Positions 15,894 to 33,552 of a stretch of 64,000 bases of DNA are shown here, one piece after another; within the stretch, counting starts at the first letter, position 1; every line of letters starts with the position of its first letter. The stretch lies in assembly GCF_009914755.1 (NCBI RefSeq), contig NC_060931.1. One strand, written 5' to 3'. The notes beneath the pieces were generated by a model that made no database searches, was not told where the DNA came from, and was given only the letters and a program-made list of their open reading frames with translations. Position numbers and translations under genes: made by a program. Source of the stretch: the human T2T-CHM13v2.0 reference genome, Homo sapiens.

Positions 15894-16967
15894 AGTTATG
15901 GATACTGTTGTGGGTGTAGGGCTATTTTGGGAGTAGTCAAATTCTTTGATTTCTTGGCTCTACTCTGGTGCACTTAATTTCTGTAGGCTTTATGTTCTAA
16001 GATATTGACTGTAAATAATGACTAATAAATTAATACCATGAAGTATATTAGAATTGAATACAAATTCTTGCTAAAACTTCCTAGGTGCTTCCTGTGATTA
16101 TACCTACATGTTTTTGTATATATGTATGCATGTTTGTATTTATTTTTGGTTAACACACATTTGTTTTAGAAACATGAGAGAATAACCTTGGTCGTCCTTT
16201 ATTACATTACATCATGAGTCTTGTGGACTGAACCTGCGAAGCATAGCAGCCGGGTAGGTGGAGGGAGATGAGTCTGGAAAGATAAATGGGAGTCAGATCA
16301 TGAAGGGCCCCACCTGCCATGCTAAGGACCCTTTACTTTATTGTGACCAAGGGCTCCCTGATGGATTCTTCATAATGGGACTGCCGTAACAGTTTCATTT
16401 GTAAAAGATCCTATAGGTAGTAATGTGAAAAAACTGACAATGGGCCTGGAGTAGATTGAAGAGGCAGGAAAGGGGTGTATCAATTGAATGTGGAAGATGG
16501 AAAAAGAGAGGAGCTTCTGGGTGGTTTGGATTTTTGGGCAAATGTAGGTATGATTGGCTGTTTGGCATTGCAAATATGGGAAGAGATTCAGGGGACACAG
16601 TGAATTCCCTTTTGGACAAGTTGATATTGAGTTTCCAATGGGGTATTCAAGTGTAGTTTCCTAGTAGTTGATGGTTAAGTGGGCTGGAGCTCAAGAGAAA
16701 GGCCTGGGTTGGGCAGACAGGTCTTGAAGTGGAGGGAAAAACCCAGAGGGAGAATGTTCAGTAGAAGAGGCTTAGAGTCCTGGCAAACACCAACTTTTAG
16801 GGCAAAATGTAGTGTTTCACAGCACAGTCTTTGGCGTTAACCTATTACTAGCAGGGTAACCTGGGGCAAGTTATTTGACTTCAGTGTCTTAATTGCAAAA
16901 TAAGCACTATACCATCTACCTGAGTTAGAAAAGCATTTGCAATTTTTAGTTCCTTGAGAGATCTGTG

Positions 16968-17433
<466 letters not shown>

Positions 17434-17749
17434 TTAGTGACCTTACCAAGGGCAATTTCTATGGAATGAGATGAGCCATATTGTAGAGGTTCGAAGAGTG
17501 GATAGTGGTCAACACGGATACATCGTTTCCTCCCCTCACGGCATCTGTCTCTCCCACTAGACTTTTCCTTTAAAGGCAGTGACTTATGAATATTATTCCA
17601 CTGTTTTCAATCAATTCCATCCACCAGTGAGATATATTGCATCAGGTTACCTTTCATTCCACCGCATTTGTGCCTTGCACTTAGTAGGCGATCGATAAAA
17701 TAACTGATGATAAAGGGGCTTCTGCAGACTCCCCAATTCATTTGGTAAA

Positions 17750-18400
<651 letters not shown>

Positions 18401-18799
18401 TGAAGTAAAATTTTTTATGTATTTGCATTTTTCTCATGAGAGAGCCTCTGACTTTAAGCAAAGGGATGTGAGACTTTTGTATAAGGGCAAAGAAAAACTG
18501 CTGAAAGGCGAATAGTTTCTGGCCGAAAAGCCAGTCATTTGCATTTTGAACATCGACCCATCTTCCTATCCTCTCTCTCTTTTTTTTTTTAACCATTTCC
18601 AAACCCTGTTGCTTTTCTTGAACAATGAAAACCCGAGTGTCAGTTTTGTCTTGTGTGTAGGTAGTTTTACATAGTTTCCCTCTCTTTTTTTTTTTCCTGC
18701 TTGTTTTCTCCATAATGAATATAAAACATTTCTAGGAGAGGTAGTGAAATAAAGTCAATTTCTCTCTGGGTAATGATAATAATTGCTCATCTTCCCTGA

Positions 18800-19183
<384 letters not shown>

Positions 19184-19893
19184 TAAGTGACCCTTCATTT
19201 AGCGTAGCAAATTGTTGATTTTAATCTTTAGCTTTTTCGTTGGCTGGTGGTTCAAAAAGGGTGACAGTTATTTTGCCTTGACAGATTTCCATGAGTTGTG
19301 AACCTTTTCTTCCAGTGGTACTTAGTTACAGGGTGCATATGTATCCTGTTGCATTGTCTGCATCTTGTTCTTGTAGCTTATTATTGATTATTTATTTTCA
19401 GTAGTATTGATAATAATGAAAGAAATATGTTTGCAGGGCTACTCTGCCAAGTGTTTTTACTGATGTCTTATTTGATAAAAAGCAATTGTTTGTAGTGGGC
19501 ATCCTCACACCTGTTTTATAGTTAAGGAAGTGAGAGAAGTTAAATGGTTTTGTTCAGGTAACTCAGCTAATACATGACAGAGCCAGGATTTCAACCGAAG
19601 TTTTCTGACAGTCTCTGATGTTCTTGATACTACAGTTATTAATTGGCTGGATTAATGAGTTGGGCAAAGAATCCTCATTGAAGGTGGCAGGTAGATACTT
19701 GTAGCACCCAGCAGTATCCTGATCGAAATTTTTAAATCTCATAGTTCACAGGAATGAACTATCAATTCACTCAGGTCAAGAAAATCTTAGTGTTAAGACC
19801 AGAAAGCATTTGTCAGAAAAAGGAAGGAGACTGTTCCCCCCAACCTCAAATAAATAAAATGAATTTATTTAATTGTTCTTTGATTGCATTAAG

Positions 19894-19980
19894 GTTGGAC
19901 TCTGGATTGATGCTGGAAGTAGATACGAAAATGAGAAGAACAATGGAACAGCACACTTTCTGGAGCATATGGCTTTCAAG
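19894..19980 (+). CDS. PMPCB: PMPCB exon 3 (HXXEH zinc-binding motif HFLEH)
   Basis: [29 protein letters not shown]; GC donor AAG|gcaagt. Confidence 0.97.
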
Positions 19981-20214
19981 GCAAGTTGTAAGACTTTACA
20001 AAAATGCACTCTCTTTAAGAGATAATAAGCACAAAGTCTCATTCTTTAGAGGCAGGGAGAGCTCTTTCAGTAGTATAACATGTTTTATGTTTATTTTTCC
20101 AGGACAGTATCTAAAATAAGTAGTGATAATTGCTTTGTAAAGCTGAAATGAAAACTTTCTCTTGGGATGCAGGAGTTATCTGAACGTATACCATTTCTGA
20201 AGCCTGATGTACCT

Positions 20215-20499
20215 TATTTTTTTTTATTTAATTTTTTTTGAGATAGGATCTGGCTCTGTTGCCTAGGCTGGAGTGCGGTGACGCAATCTGCTTACTGCAA
20301 CCTCCGCCTCCTAGGCTCAAGCCATCCTCCCACATTTACTTCTGGAGTAGCTGGGAGTATCTATATATATATATATGTTTGTTTGTTTTTTCATAGAGAT
20401 AGGGTTTTGCCATGTTGGCCTCGATCTCTTGGGCTCAATCTGCCTGCCTCAGCTTCTCAAAGTGCTGGGGTTACAGGTGTGAGCCATCGTACCATACCT
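20215..20499 (-). mobile_element. AluJ-like with (TA)n in linker
   Basis: Diverged reverse Alu; CCTGATGTAC at both flanks. Confidence 0.85.
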
Positions 20500-20577
20500 G
20501 ATGTACTTTAGAAACCAAATTTGACCCTGCATGAAACTAACTTATGTCCTCCATATTCATTATCTGAAGTAGAATAG

Positions 20578-20841
<264 letters not shown>

Positions 20842-21140
20842 TAAAAGAGTAAGTTCCAGAAATGTGAAAAAGCGAAACTGAATTCTGGGTGAGGGTACAG
20901 CTGATCTTATTTTTTTTCTAAATATGACAAATAGTAAATTATGGATGATGGTTTTTCTTAATATGTAGCAATAAAATAGAGATTATTTGGTGGGAATAAA
21001 ATATTTTGTCAGGACAGCAGTTTGTTAGTTACCATGTTTGTAGACTGTTTTGACTCTCTTAAAAGTTATTACACAAAACATTTCCCAGTGGAAGAATTAA
21101 CAACAAAATTTAGCAGTTTTAGAGCTAATTGGTAAACTCA

Positions 21141-21468
<328 letters not shown>

Positions 21469-22241
21469 TAGTTGTAGTTACTACTTTGCAATTTTGGATT
21501 CCTAATAGACTTTCATTAATAATGTTTAAATGGCACTTAACACAAGTACTTTTGTGTATATATTATCCATTTGATGTGCATAGGTGTTTCCACCTTGCAG
21601 TTGTGGAAATTGAAGCTCAGACTCTGACTTGCCCAGGATTGCATAGCTATCAGGTGGCTTACTGTGGACTCAAGTGCGTGTCTTCTTACCAGATTCATTT
21701 GCTTTGTCAAAACAATAAAATAAGAAACCTATCACTTGTAAATAACTAAAATACTTAATATGATACCCTAACTTTTGCATTAAAACAAAAATGACAGCAA
21801 CGATGGAGGGTATGTTGGTTTGAATAACAAAACCAATAGAGACAGTTTTTGTCCCAGGACTAATTAGGGACCAAGAACATATGGCTAGGCCAAGGTTCTT
21901 TAAAGAGTTGTTCATTCCAGCCTAGTTCCTTCCTTTATTTACACAGAACAACAGGGAAGGCAAAAAGGAGAAACAGAAAAAGGAAGGATGAAATTAAACG
22001 ACTTTTTTCCCCCTTTTCTCCTGGCATCTAGCTGGGAACGACAGAGCTTCTGCTAGTGGGAGTGGAAAAACAGGGGCTTTCCCTGAGGAATGCAAAATGG
22101 AAGTGCTCTCTGAAGCAGCTCCAACTTTGGGGATTTACTTGGGGTTTTTCACCCTTCACCCTGGGTGTGAAGCCTGGTATATGAAGTAATAATTAGATGT
22201 TTAGACTAATGGTCTCCAGGTTTTTATGATCACTTATTCTT

Positions 22242-22722
22242 TTTTTTTAATTTTTATTTTTTATTATTATACTTTAAGTTCTAGGGTACATGTGTACAAC
22301 GTGCAGGTTTGTTACATATGTATTCATGTGCCGTGTTGGTGTGCTGCACCCGTTAACTCGTCATTTACATTAGGTATATCTCCTAACGCTATCCCTCCCT
22401 GCTCCCACCACCCCACGACAGGCTCCGGTGTGTGATGTTCCCACCTCGTGTCCAAGTGTTCTCATTGTTCAATTCCCACCTATAAGTGAGAACATGCGGT
22501 GTTTGGTTTTTTGTCCTTGTGATAGTTTGCTCAGAATGATGGTTTCCAGCTTCATCCATGTCCCTACAAAGGACATGAACTCATCCTTTTTTATGGATGC
22601 ATAGTATTCCATGGTGTATATGTGCCACATTTTCTTAATCCAGTCTATCATTGATGGACATTTGGGTTGGTTCCAAGTCTTTGCTATTGTGAATAGTGCT
22701 GCAGTAAACATACGTGTGCATG
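22242..22722 (-). mobile_element. 5'-truncated L1PA
   Basis: L1PA 3'UTR and ORF2 tail; 16-bp TSD ATGATCACTTA(T/C)TCTT at 22226-22241 and 22723-22738. Confidence 0.95.
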
Positions 22723-23207
22723 ATGATCACTTACTCTTATTGGTAAGAAAGTTGATCATATATCCTTAATGTATGTATACTTGTAAGTTAAATACATGTG
22801 CTACTATACTAACATATATTAAATACACATTTAAAAAAAAGATTCAGATTAAAACAGACTGGGAAATAGGAGCCCCCCTCCCTGCCTTTGGAAACTACCA
22901 GGGTAGACCACCAATCCCACATAAAGGAGGATTTTCACACAGGAATTCTTGTCCTTCCATTTGTCTATGGGCTCTTTCTCACCCATTTTACTGGACTCTG
23001 TTCTCTTATCTGGACAGATGGGTTTTATTTGGTTTTACAGATAATTTTTTCCTTTTGGTCATGATCTCAGCCACAGCTTACTATAATAGTTTGTTCTGTC
23101 ATGTTCTTAGTATTTGAACATAATCAGTTCTGAGACAGTGCCCCTTAAAGTGAACTTAATTAAAACAAGCAACAACAGTTTGTAGTAGAGTAAAAAATGA
23201 AACCTAA

Positions 23208-23341
23208 ACCAGACACGGTAGTACATGCCTTTAGTCTTGGCTACTTGGAGGAAGCTGAGGCAGGAGGATTGTTTGAGCCCAGGAATTTTGAGTCCAGTCT
23301 GGGCAGCATAATGAGACCTTGTCTCTTAGGGGAAAAAAAAG
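23208..23341 (+). mobile_element. FLAM / Alu monomer
   Basis: Single diverged Alu arm with A-tail. Confidence 0.8.
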
Positions 23342-23589
23342 AAACTTAAGATTGTAAGTTTATTTTATAACATTAATCGTATTAATGAAATTTAGATTTA
23401 TGATTGCAACTATGTACTAATTCTTCAAGAATGAAGCACAGTTTTTTTTTTGGAGAGGTATGCGCTTTTTCTGATAAAATTGCTTAATGGCCTAATATAA
23501 CATGTTCCACTTCACTTTTGGCTTTTTGCAAATTAGGGTTTGAGAACACACAATTCTGTGATTCATTTGGGGCATATTTTAGATTGTAA

Positions 23590-23862
<273 letters not shown>

Positions 23863-24246
23863 AGTTCTTTGCTTCTTAACATAGCACTGTCATTGCTGTG
23901 GGAACTTGCATAGTAAATACTTGGGTGATACAAACCCTCTGTACATTGCTAGCTAGGTATTTTCAGACTAATATATATAACTTTGTAATTTTCATATAGA
24001 ACAATCTATATTAATATGCAAATTTCCATAGCATTTTTTAAGTAGGTAGAGTCATTACAAGGTGATGGCAAATTTATACTTTTTCCCCAAGGAAAAAATC
24101 TTTTGTACTATAGGGGTTTATATGTTAAATTTTAATTTTGTCCTGTTAAGTATATCTGATGTTTTTCTCCTAGGCTAATCATTTAGTATTGAGTGATGGG
24201 TCAGTGTCATGATTTCTGATTTTGGTTTAATAGATTTTAATAGTGA

Positions 24247-24492
<246 letters not shown>

Positions 24493-24838
24493 TAGGTATA
24501 ACAGAATTTCTTGGTGTATAAGGGAATTTATGAATGTTGAAAATAAACATTTACAAATTTTCAAAAAGTATGTTTCAGAAAGTAATTTTCCCCCTGGTAA
24601 TCTAAGTGAAACTGTAGTTAGCTACATTTTAGTCCCACCTAGCTCCCAAGCACGTGAGTTCATAGGTACTTCGGGAATAAACCAGTAATGGTGTATTTTT
24701 TCTTTGATGTAAAAAAGGTGAAGTTCTTTGATGTGTTGCCTGTATCCTATTTCTGACTGCATTTTAGGATACAGTTATGGTCCAATTTGATTTCAGGTAT
24801 ATTATGTGAAGATCTGTTTTTTTTTTGGTTTCCTTTAA

Positions 24839-24943
<105 letters not shown>

Positions 24944-25131
24944 TAGTCAATTTAAATTTCTACAAATGTTTTAAACACAGTTGTTGGAGTGGTATGCTTA
25001 TTAGTTTGATCCTGTTGGGAGATACCCTAAGAATTTTCATTTACATAGCAAATAACTGATAGTGTGTAAGGGGAATGTGGAGCACTGGAATCAGAATTTC
25101 CCTCTATTTTTTTTAAAGTAGGTTTCATTTA

Positions 25132-25424
<293 letters not shown>

Positions 25425-25854
25425 GTAGGTTTTATTTATAGAAAGACTTAATGAACTGTTCAATACATAAGCGTACATAGTAGAACGTGCAAGAAAAGGG
25501 CAAAGGAGTGAACTGGGAGAGAGTCGGAAGATGGTGTTCTGTACTTTGAGAATTTTTTGAGATTTTAAATTATTTCTTGAGAACCAACTTCGTCCTTGTT
25601 CAAGCATGGAACGGGTATGTTCATTCTTTGATTTGTTCAATCATTCATTTAATAGATCTAATTTTTGGGAAGGAGAAGCACATAGGGAGCCATAAGAATG
25701 TTGAATGGGAATCCAAACATGCAGGTGACTTCAGAAGGTTTCCTTGAGGTCATGTTTGAAGCCAGTGAATGAAAAAAAAAATTGACAACAGATATTGCCA
25801 GATTTCCTGGCAGTCTGAATCTAGACAGCAGTACATTTTAATTGGTTTCCAGTT

Positions 25855-26008
25855 TTTTATTTTTTTCTTTTTAAAATACATTTATAGAAATAGAGATGGA
25901 TTCTTAACTATGTTGCCCAGGCTGGTTTCAATCTCCTGAGCTCAAGTTATCCTTCCACCTTGACCTCCCAAAACTTGGGGATTACAGGCGTGACCCACCG
26001 CACCTGGT
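25855..26008 (-). mobile_element. FLAM / Alu monomer
   Basis: Single reverse arm; TCCAGTTTT at both flanks. Confidence 0.8.
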
Positions 26009-26833
26009 CTCCAGTTTTCATTTCTTTGTATTTTTTAATATTAGAGCAAAGCGAAGTGTTCTTTCGTGTTGTAAATTTTTCTCTTTTTAGAGATCATAAT
26101 TTAAAAATTCTAGTTGCTCTGGATTGATTTCTGAGCTAAGTACCTGGCGGGTAATGGAGAAGATGAAAACATTAAATATCAAACATGTTATTCATTGTAG
26201 CTACCTTCATTGTACATGGCAGGAAGTGCACTCTGAAATTCTCTTGAGTAACATTGTTTCTAAATTGGCTCTTGCAGACTTGGGCTTAAGTGTTTGAAAC
26301 TGCCTTGGAAATGGGACAAGAGACTTGTTAGATGGGTCCTCAACAACCAAGCTTTCTGGGACCTCTCTGCCATTGTTGGTGGCATGTGGACAAAATGAGT
26401 TTTACTTTGGTTCATGGGTTCATTTTGACATAGCTAAAATTGAGATATCTTTAGTTTAATGGCTTATAGATTAATTAGTATTCATTTTAAATACTACATA
26501 AGTGATGTGCCTTATAAATGATTGCATCTTAAATTCAATGAAATAGGCCAGTTTTAAGTTTCTGCTGACCTCTGAATTATGTCTTGGCTACCATTTATCT
26601 CTTCTAGGCTAATCATCAGGATGTATAGCTTTTATTTGCCAAATAGTTTTTTGTATCCTAGCTTCATTTATTATAAAATTATAATTTAACATTTTAATTG
26701 TAAATTAAGTTAAAGAATCTTAATTTGGGTCTCAAGTAAGGGATATAGAGTCTAAGTAATTCCTGAGTTTTTGCATTTGGATACCTATTGATGTATTCAG
26801 AAATTTAGATGACACTATTTTGTTCCTGAGTTC

Positions 26834-27135
26834 TTTTTTTTTTTTTTTTTGAGATGGAGTTTTGCTCTTATTGCCCAGGCTGGAGTACAATGGCATCATC
26901 TTGGCTCACCGCAAACTCCGCCTTCCGGATTCAACTGATTGTCTTGCCTTAGCCTCCCGAGTAGCTGGGATTACAGGCATTTGCCATCACACCTGACTAA
27001 TTTTGTATTTTTAGTAGGGATGGGGTTTCTCCATGTTGATCAGGCTGGTCTACCTCTACCTCTGACCTCAGGTGATCCGCCTGCCTCAGCCTCCGAAAGT
27101 GTTGGGATTACAGGCGTGAGCCACCACACCAGGCC
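26834..27135 (-). mobile_element. AluS
   Basis: TSD TGTTCCTGAGTTCT. Confidence 0.95.
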
Positions 27136-27155
27136 CTGTTCCTGAGTTCTGATAG

Positions 27156-27641
<486 letters not shown>

Positions 27642-28015
27642 CTCCAGCTTTTTAAAAATTAGATAGAGCCCATATTTGTATTTTCCACTAAAAAATTTTT
27701 TTTTTGAAAATTGGCATTTTTTGCTAGTTTGGATCCCAGAGGTTTTTATAATTTAATAGAAAATGATTTTGTAAAACGTGGAGTTTTCAAGTTGTCTTAT
27801 TCTTAGCTGTGAATCCATTGGTCTGTTGATGAAAACTGTCATTTGCTCTACAAAATGAGAAAGCTGTGCAACCTCAAGCTTTGCAACACCAAGGAAATAG
27901 GTGTGCTATGTGAGCTTACTCTTAAATAATGGCTTTTAGTGAGTGTAGATAGTTCATGTGTAATGTACATCACATTATACCACCTAGGGTTTATTGTAAA
28001 CTATATTGCTGCTAG

Positions 28016-28219
<204 letters not shown>

Positions 28220-28790
28220 TAAGTAAACAAAATGTGCATATTTCCAGTAGGAAAAGAATGGAATAATAGGAAAAGGGAAGAGGATGTACTCATTTGCTTA
28301 CATTCCTTCCTCTTCCGTATTCTTTAACCACCTATTTTTCTTCCTAAGGAAGCAAGGTTTTTTTTGTTTTGTTTTTAAATTTCTCCATTCTAGTCTGAAA
28401 GGAAGCAAAGTTTTTAAGAGCAGTTTATAATTTGGTCTTTTTGTGCTTTTTCTTTGGCACTATGCCAATTTACATATTGTAATATCTGGAAGTAATCTTT
28501 TAAACCCCGTATTTTGACTTTCACTTCAGGTTTACTCTTGGCTCAGTTTTGCCCACAGTATGTTTTGGGAGGGGGTAGTAACTGTTAGAGCCAGAACTTG
28601 CAGGGGATCTACTAGTTATCAACTAGCTTTAAGCCCCACTAGCTGCTTAGTTTGCCATGTTGAGGATGATGCTCAAAGTAGTATCTGGAAAATGCCCTGA
28701 TATTGGCAGCTGCCTAGAACTGTAGCATTGGCAGTACAAAAATAAACCTGTAACGTCAATATGACATTTCAATAGAAAAGTTCAGATTGA

Positions 28791-29237
<447 letters not shown>

Positions 29238-29402
29238 TTAAACTCAACAATGTAATGAGGCCTGATAGTTAAAAAATCAAAATAGAGTCCTGGTGTGCAT
29301 TTTAACTTTGCAGTTAATGGGACTGGTGATTTTTTCCTTGTTAATAAGCATGTTATATAATGTTAATCTTAACTAGAGGTCCTCCTGCTTTATCTTAACT
29401 AG

Positions 29403-29573
<171 letters not shown>

Positions 29574-29819
29574 TAACAGATGGAAGATTATCATGTTTTC
29601 TTAAATATAAGTTCTTTGTAAGAATCCTTTTTTAAAGTGGCAGAATAGAGTCTTGTACTGTGAATTCTGACTTAAAAATATAAACTGATCCTGGATTGCA
29701 TGTGGGCCAGAAAAAGTTTCTTTTTTTCTTTGCCACAAAGTTTATTAGTGGCAAAATTTGAATAAGGACAGAATTAGCTAGAAGTACTATGTCAATGTTA
29801 ATATCCTAATTTTAATAGT

Positions 29820-30148
29820 CAGTAGGCCCTCTATATCTGTGGGTTCCATATCCGTGGATTCAACCAACCATAGGTGGAAAATTTTGGGGAACAAATGGAT
29901 GGTTGCATCTGTACTAAACATGTATGGACTTTTTTTTTGGTCACTTCCTAAACAATATAGTATAACAACTATTTACATAGCATTTACATGGATTGGGTAT
30001 TTATCTAGAGATGATTTAAAGTATACAGGAGAATGTGCTTATATGCAAATATTACATATACCATATTACATGAGGGCTCTAGCATCTGTGGATTTTGGTA
30101 TCCACAGGGATCTGGGAACCAATTCTCCACAGATACTGAGGAACTATA
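29820..30148 (-). mobile_element. MER2 (TcMar-Tigger) DNA transposon
   Basis: Inverted ends cagtaggccctctatatctgtgg / ccacagatactgagg; body matches recalled MER2. Confidence 0.82.
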
Positions 30149-30735
30149 CCAAGGTGATGTAAGAACATTAATTTCCTTGTTTTTCACAAGTACATACTAA
30201 AGTATTTGGGGCAAGAAGCATCACATCTAAAACTCAGTTGAAAAAACTTGTATAAAGAGAATAAAGCAAACATGGTAAAATAACAGGGAATCTAGATAAA
30301 TGAAATTCTCTGTACTGTTTTTGCAACTTTTTTGTAAGTTGGAATTATTTCAAAACACATTGTATAGATTTGTCTTTACTCATAGATTTCTCCAAAATAC
30401 ATTTCATCTAAATAATCTTAAGCTTCATATGCAATATAACTTTGAATCTTTAAGCGTATGTAGCCAAGAGTCCTAGAAATTGGGTTGATAATAGCCATCT
30501 AGTTTTAGAAGTAGGTATAGCTACTACATTAATTATAAGGACTCATTGCTTTTATAACATGAATTTCTCCAGGGGGTGCACTGGGTAAGTGAGATAATAA
30601 ACACAATTCTTAGTCATACTGAATTTTAACTCTACTACTGAGATGTTGAATAAAACTAGGAAACAGCCTCTAAGGATATTCACTATTTTCCACACACTCC
30701 ATTTTTCTTTCTGTATTTTGGACATGTATAATTAA

Positions 30736-30927
<192 letters not shown>

Positions 30928-31125
30928 TGAGAAAAATAGCTTTAAGTAATTTAAATTTTGCCTTTAATTCGTTTTAAACTAGTTTTTTATTTATACTTTA
31001 TGGTGATTTATGGTAATTTTACCTTTTAATTAAGAGACCTAGATAAACAGTAGTTGCCATGTTTTCAAAGGTTGCAGTTGGTTTTTCCTAAGTCTCAAGA
31101 TGTGAAGCTGATTTATACTATAGAA

Positions 31126-31477
<352 letters not shown>

Positions 31478-32093
31478 TGATCCTAAAAGTTTAAAAGCCA
31501 ACTAGAAGTTGTTTGGAAAATATCTCTGAAAGTAATCTGGTTGAAGGGAAAGTAAATCTGAAGTTGCCACTGCTAAAAGAAAACAAAGTATATTGAGTCG
31601 ATAGATGGGCAGAAAGGCTCGCAGCTTCTTGGAAAACATTTAGCTCTGGTTCCTTTCCTCCACTATTCTTAATTGGTTTACATCTTTCTAAATCTAGTCA
31701 ACTAGGATGTAATTATTGTTAAAAATTAGATTTAAGTTAGACTCTACTCATTGTTTTCAGAAACCAATGAATGACCCACTGACTTAACCCATAGCATATC
31801 AGACTCCAACAGATGAGGACTCATGAAGTCTCAAGATGCTTATAGCATTTCTGAAAATGTGATCAGCCCATTTGTATAAAGCCTTTGTCTGCTAATGTGT
31901 AATTAGGCATGTTTATGTATCATTTTTGAGAAATTAATACTGGGGAAAATAATCATTTTAGCTTTTGCTTAGCATTGGAATTAAATTGTAATCACCTGTA
32001 TGTTTTGTGTAGAAGATGGCATCATCATTCTTAGGTCATTAACTCATGAAATACAACATTTTCCAACTACTACTGTTTTTCCACGTTTTTTAG

Positions 32094-32179
32094 GATGCGA
32101 CTCTGTACAAGTGTCACAGAAAGTGAGGTTGCACGAGCCAGAAATCTTCTGAAAACAAACATGTTGTTGCAGCTTGATG
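32094..32179 (+). CDS. PMPCB: PMPCB exon 10
   Basis: MRLCTSVTESEVARARNLLKTNMLLQLD. Confidence 0.97.
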
Positions 32180-32258
32180 GTAAAAATAAAGATATAGGTT
32201 CTGTTTTCATATGGTTGATCTGTATTCCAATAGTTAATTTTTCCTTCTCTTTAAACAG

Positions 32259-32347
32259 GTTCAACTCCAATTTGTGAAGATATTGGTAGGCAAATGTTAT
32301 GCTATAATAGAAGGATTCCCATCCCTGAGCTTGAAGCAAGAATTGAT
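32259..32347 (+). CDS. PMPCB: PMPCB exon 11
   Basis: [30 protein letters not shown]. Confidence 0.97.
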
Positions 32348-32482
32348 GTAAGTAGTCCTGAGTTACTATTGGGTCATGTGTAAAAAGATCCTTGTTACAA
32401 AAGCTGAGAATATGTATCTTTCATCTTGCTTTAGTTTTAAAAAGTTCCAGGTATAGACTTTGTTTTTACTACAAACAGCTGA

Positions 32483-32647
<165 letters not shown>

Positions 32648-32657
32648 TAATCCTTAG

Positions 32658-32722
32658 GTCCCATTAAGCAACTACCAGATTTTAAACAGATACGCAGTAA
32701 CATGTGTTGGCTTCGTGATTAA
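32658..32722 (+). CDS. PMPCB: PMPCB exon 13 (stop)
   Basis: GPIKQLPDFKQIRSNMCWLRD*; all exons sum to 1470 nt. Confidence 0.97.
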
Positions 32723-32779
32723 AATGCTCCTAATCAAGATTGTTTGAACACATGTATTTATAAAACAGAGCTAGAGAAA

Positions 32780-32785
32780 AATAAA
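32780..32785 (+). terminator. Proximal PMPCB polyadenylation signal AATAAA
   Basis: First AATAAA after the stop; ATTAAA also at 32817-32822. Confidence 0.65.
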
Positions 32786-32986
32786 AATGAACATGTATAT
32801 ACATTTGGAAATTTGAATTAAATACTGTATCATACTTTCAAAGGATAAAAAGACTACCCCTCTGAAGGTTGTTTTGTATTAATGGTCAGTCTTTGTTCTC
32901 TGAGAAATTATGTTGGAAGCAGCATACTTTCAAATTATTACCATGAGTATAATTTTAAGAATGAAAATGTTTACAGTATTTTCAGT

Positions 32987-32992
32987 TTTATT
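32987..32992 (-). terminator. DNAJC2 polyadenylation signal AATAAA
   Basis: TTTATT on plus strand, 27 nt past the DNAJC2 stop. Confidence 0.75.
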
Positions 32993-33019
32993 ATAAAAAT
33001 GCACACACAACAAAGATTG

Positions 33020-33094
33020 TCATTTCTTGGCTCTACTTGCATTCAGCACTTGTTCTTGAGCAGCTTTCTTTGCTTTTACCATCTCGACAAGTTC
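33020..33094 (-). CDS. DNAJC2: DNAJC2 last exon (17)
   Basis: ELVEMVKAKKAAQEQVLNASRAKK*. Confidence 0.96.
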   Translation of the reverse strand, partial: ELVEMVKAKKAAQEQVLNASRAKK

Positions 33095-33397
33095 CTAGGA
33101 AGGGAGAAAGGTGTGATTTAAGAAGTTGCGATTTAAAAACAGACATTTTAATCTAGTGTTTGGTGTAAAGAATTCAAGCAACTAAGATAGATAGTACTAA
33201 ATATACTGATTTCATTATCTGCCAGGGCCTAGAAAGTTTCTAAGGTTGCTCATTTCTTCCTCATAATATTGACCCCATAACTACTGGTTTTGAAATAAGC
33301 ACTATATTATTAACCACTTAATAGACATAAAATATGAGCTATATCACCCAAGCTACAATTTAAAATACAACAATCTATAAACGCTTAAGTCTGCAAC

Positions 33398-33552
33398 CTT
33401 GTATCGTTTCATGCAGTCCTTCTTTGTCCTGCCAGGCACCGCTTCTGCTATTTTTTCCCATCTTTCAGGTGTATTTACTGGGTATGTTTTCAAAGCTTGT
33501 TCCAAAAGCTTCTGTTCTTCTGTTGTCCAAGGGGTGAAGTCTGTATACGGAC
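33398..33552 (-). CDS. DNAJC2: DNAJC2 exon 16 (SANT/Myb 2)
   Basis: [25 protein letters not shown]...[23 protein letters not shown]. Confidence 0.96.
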
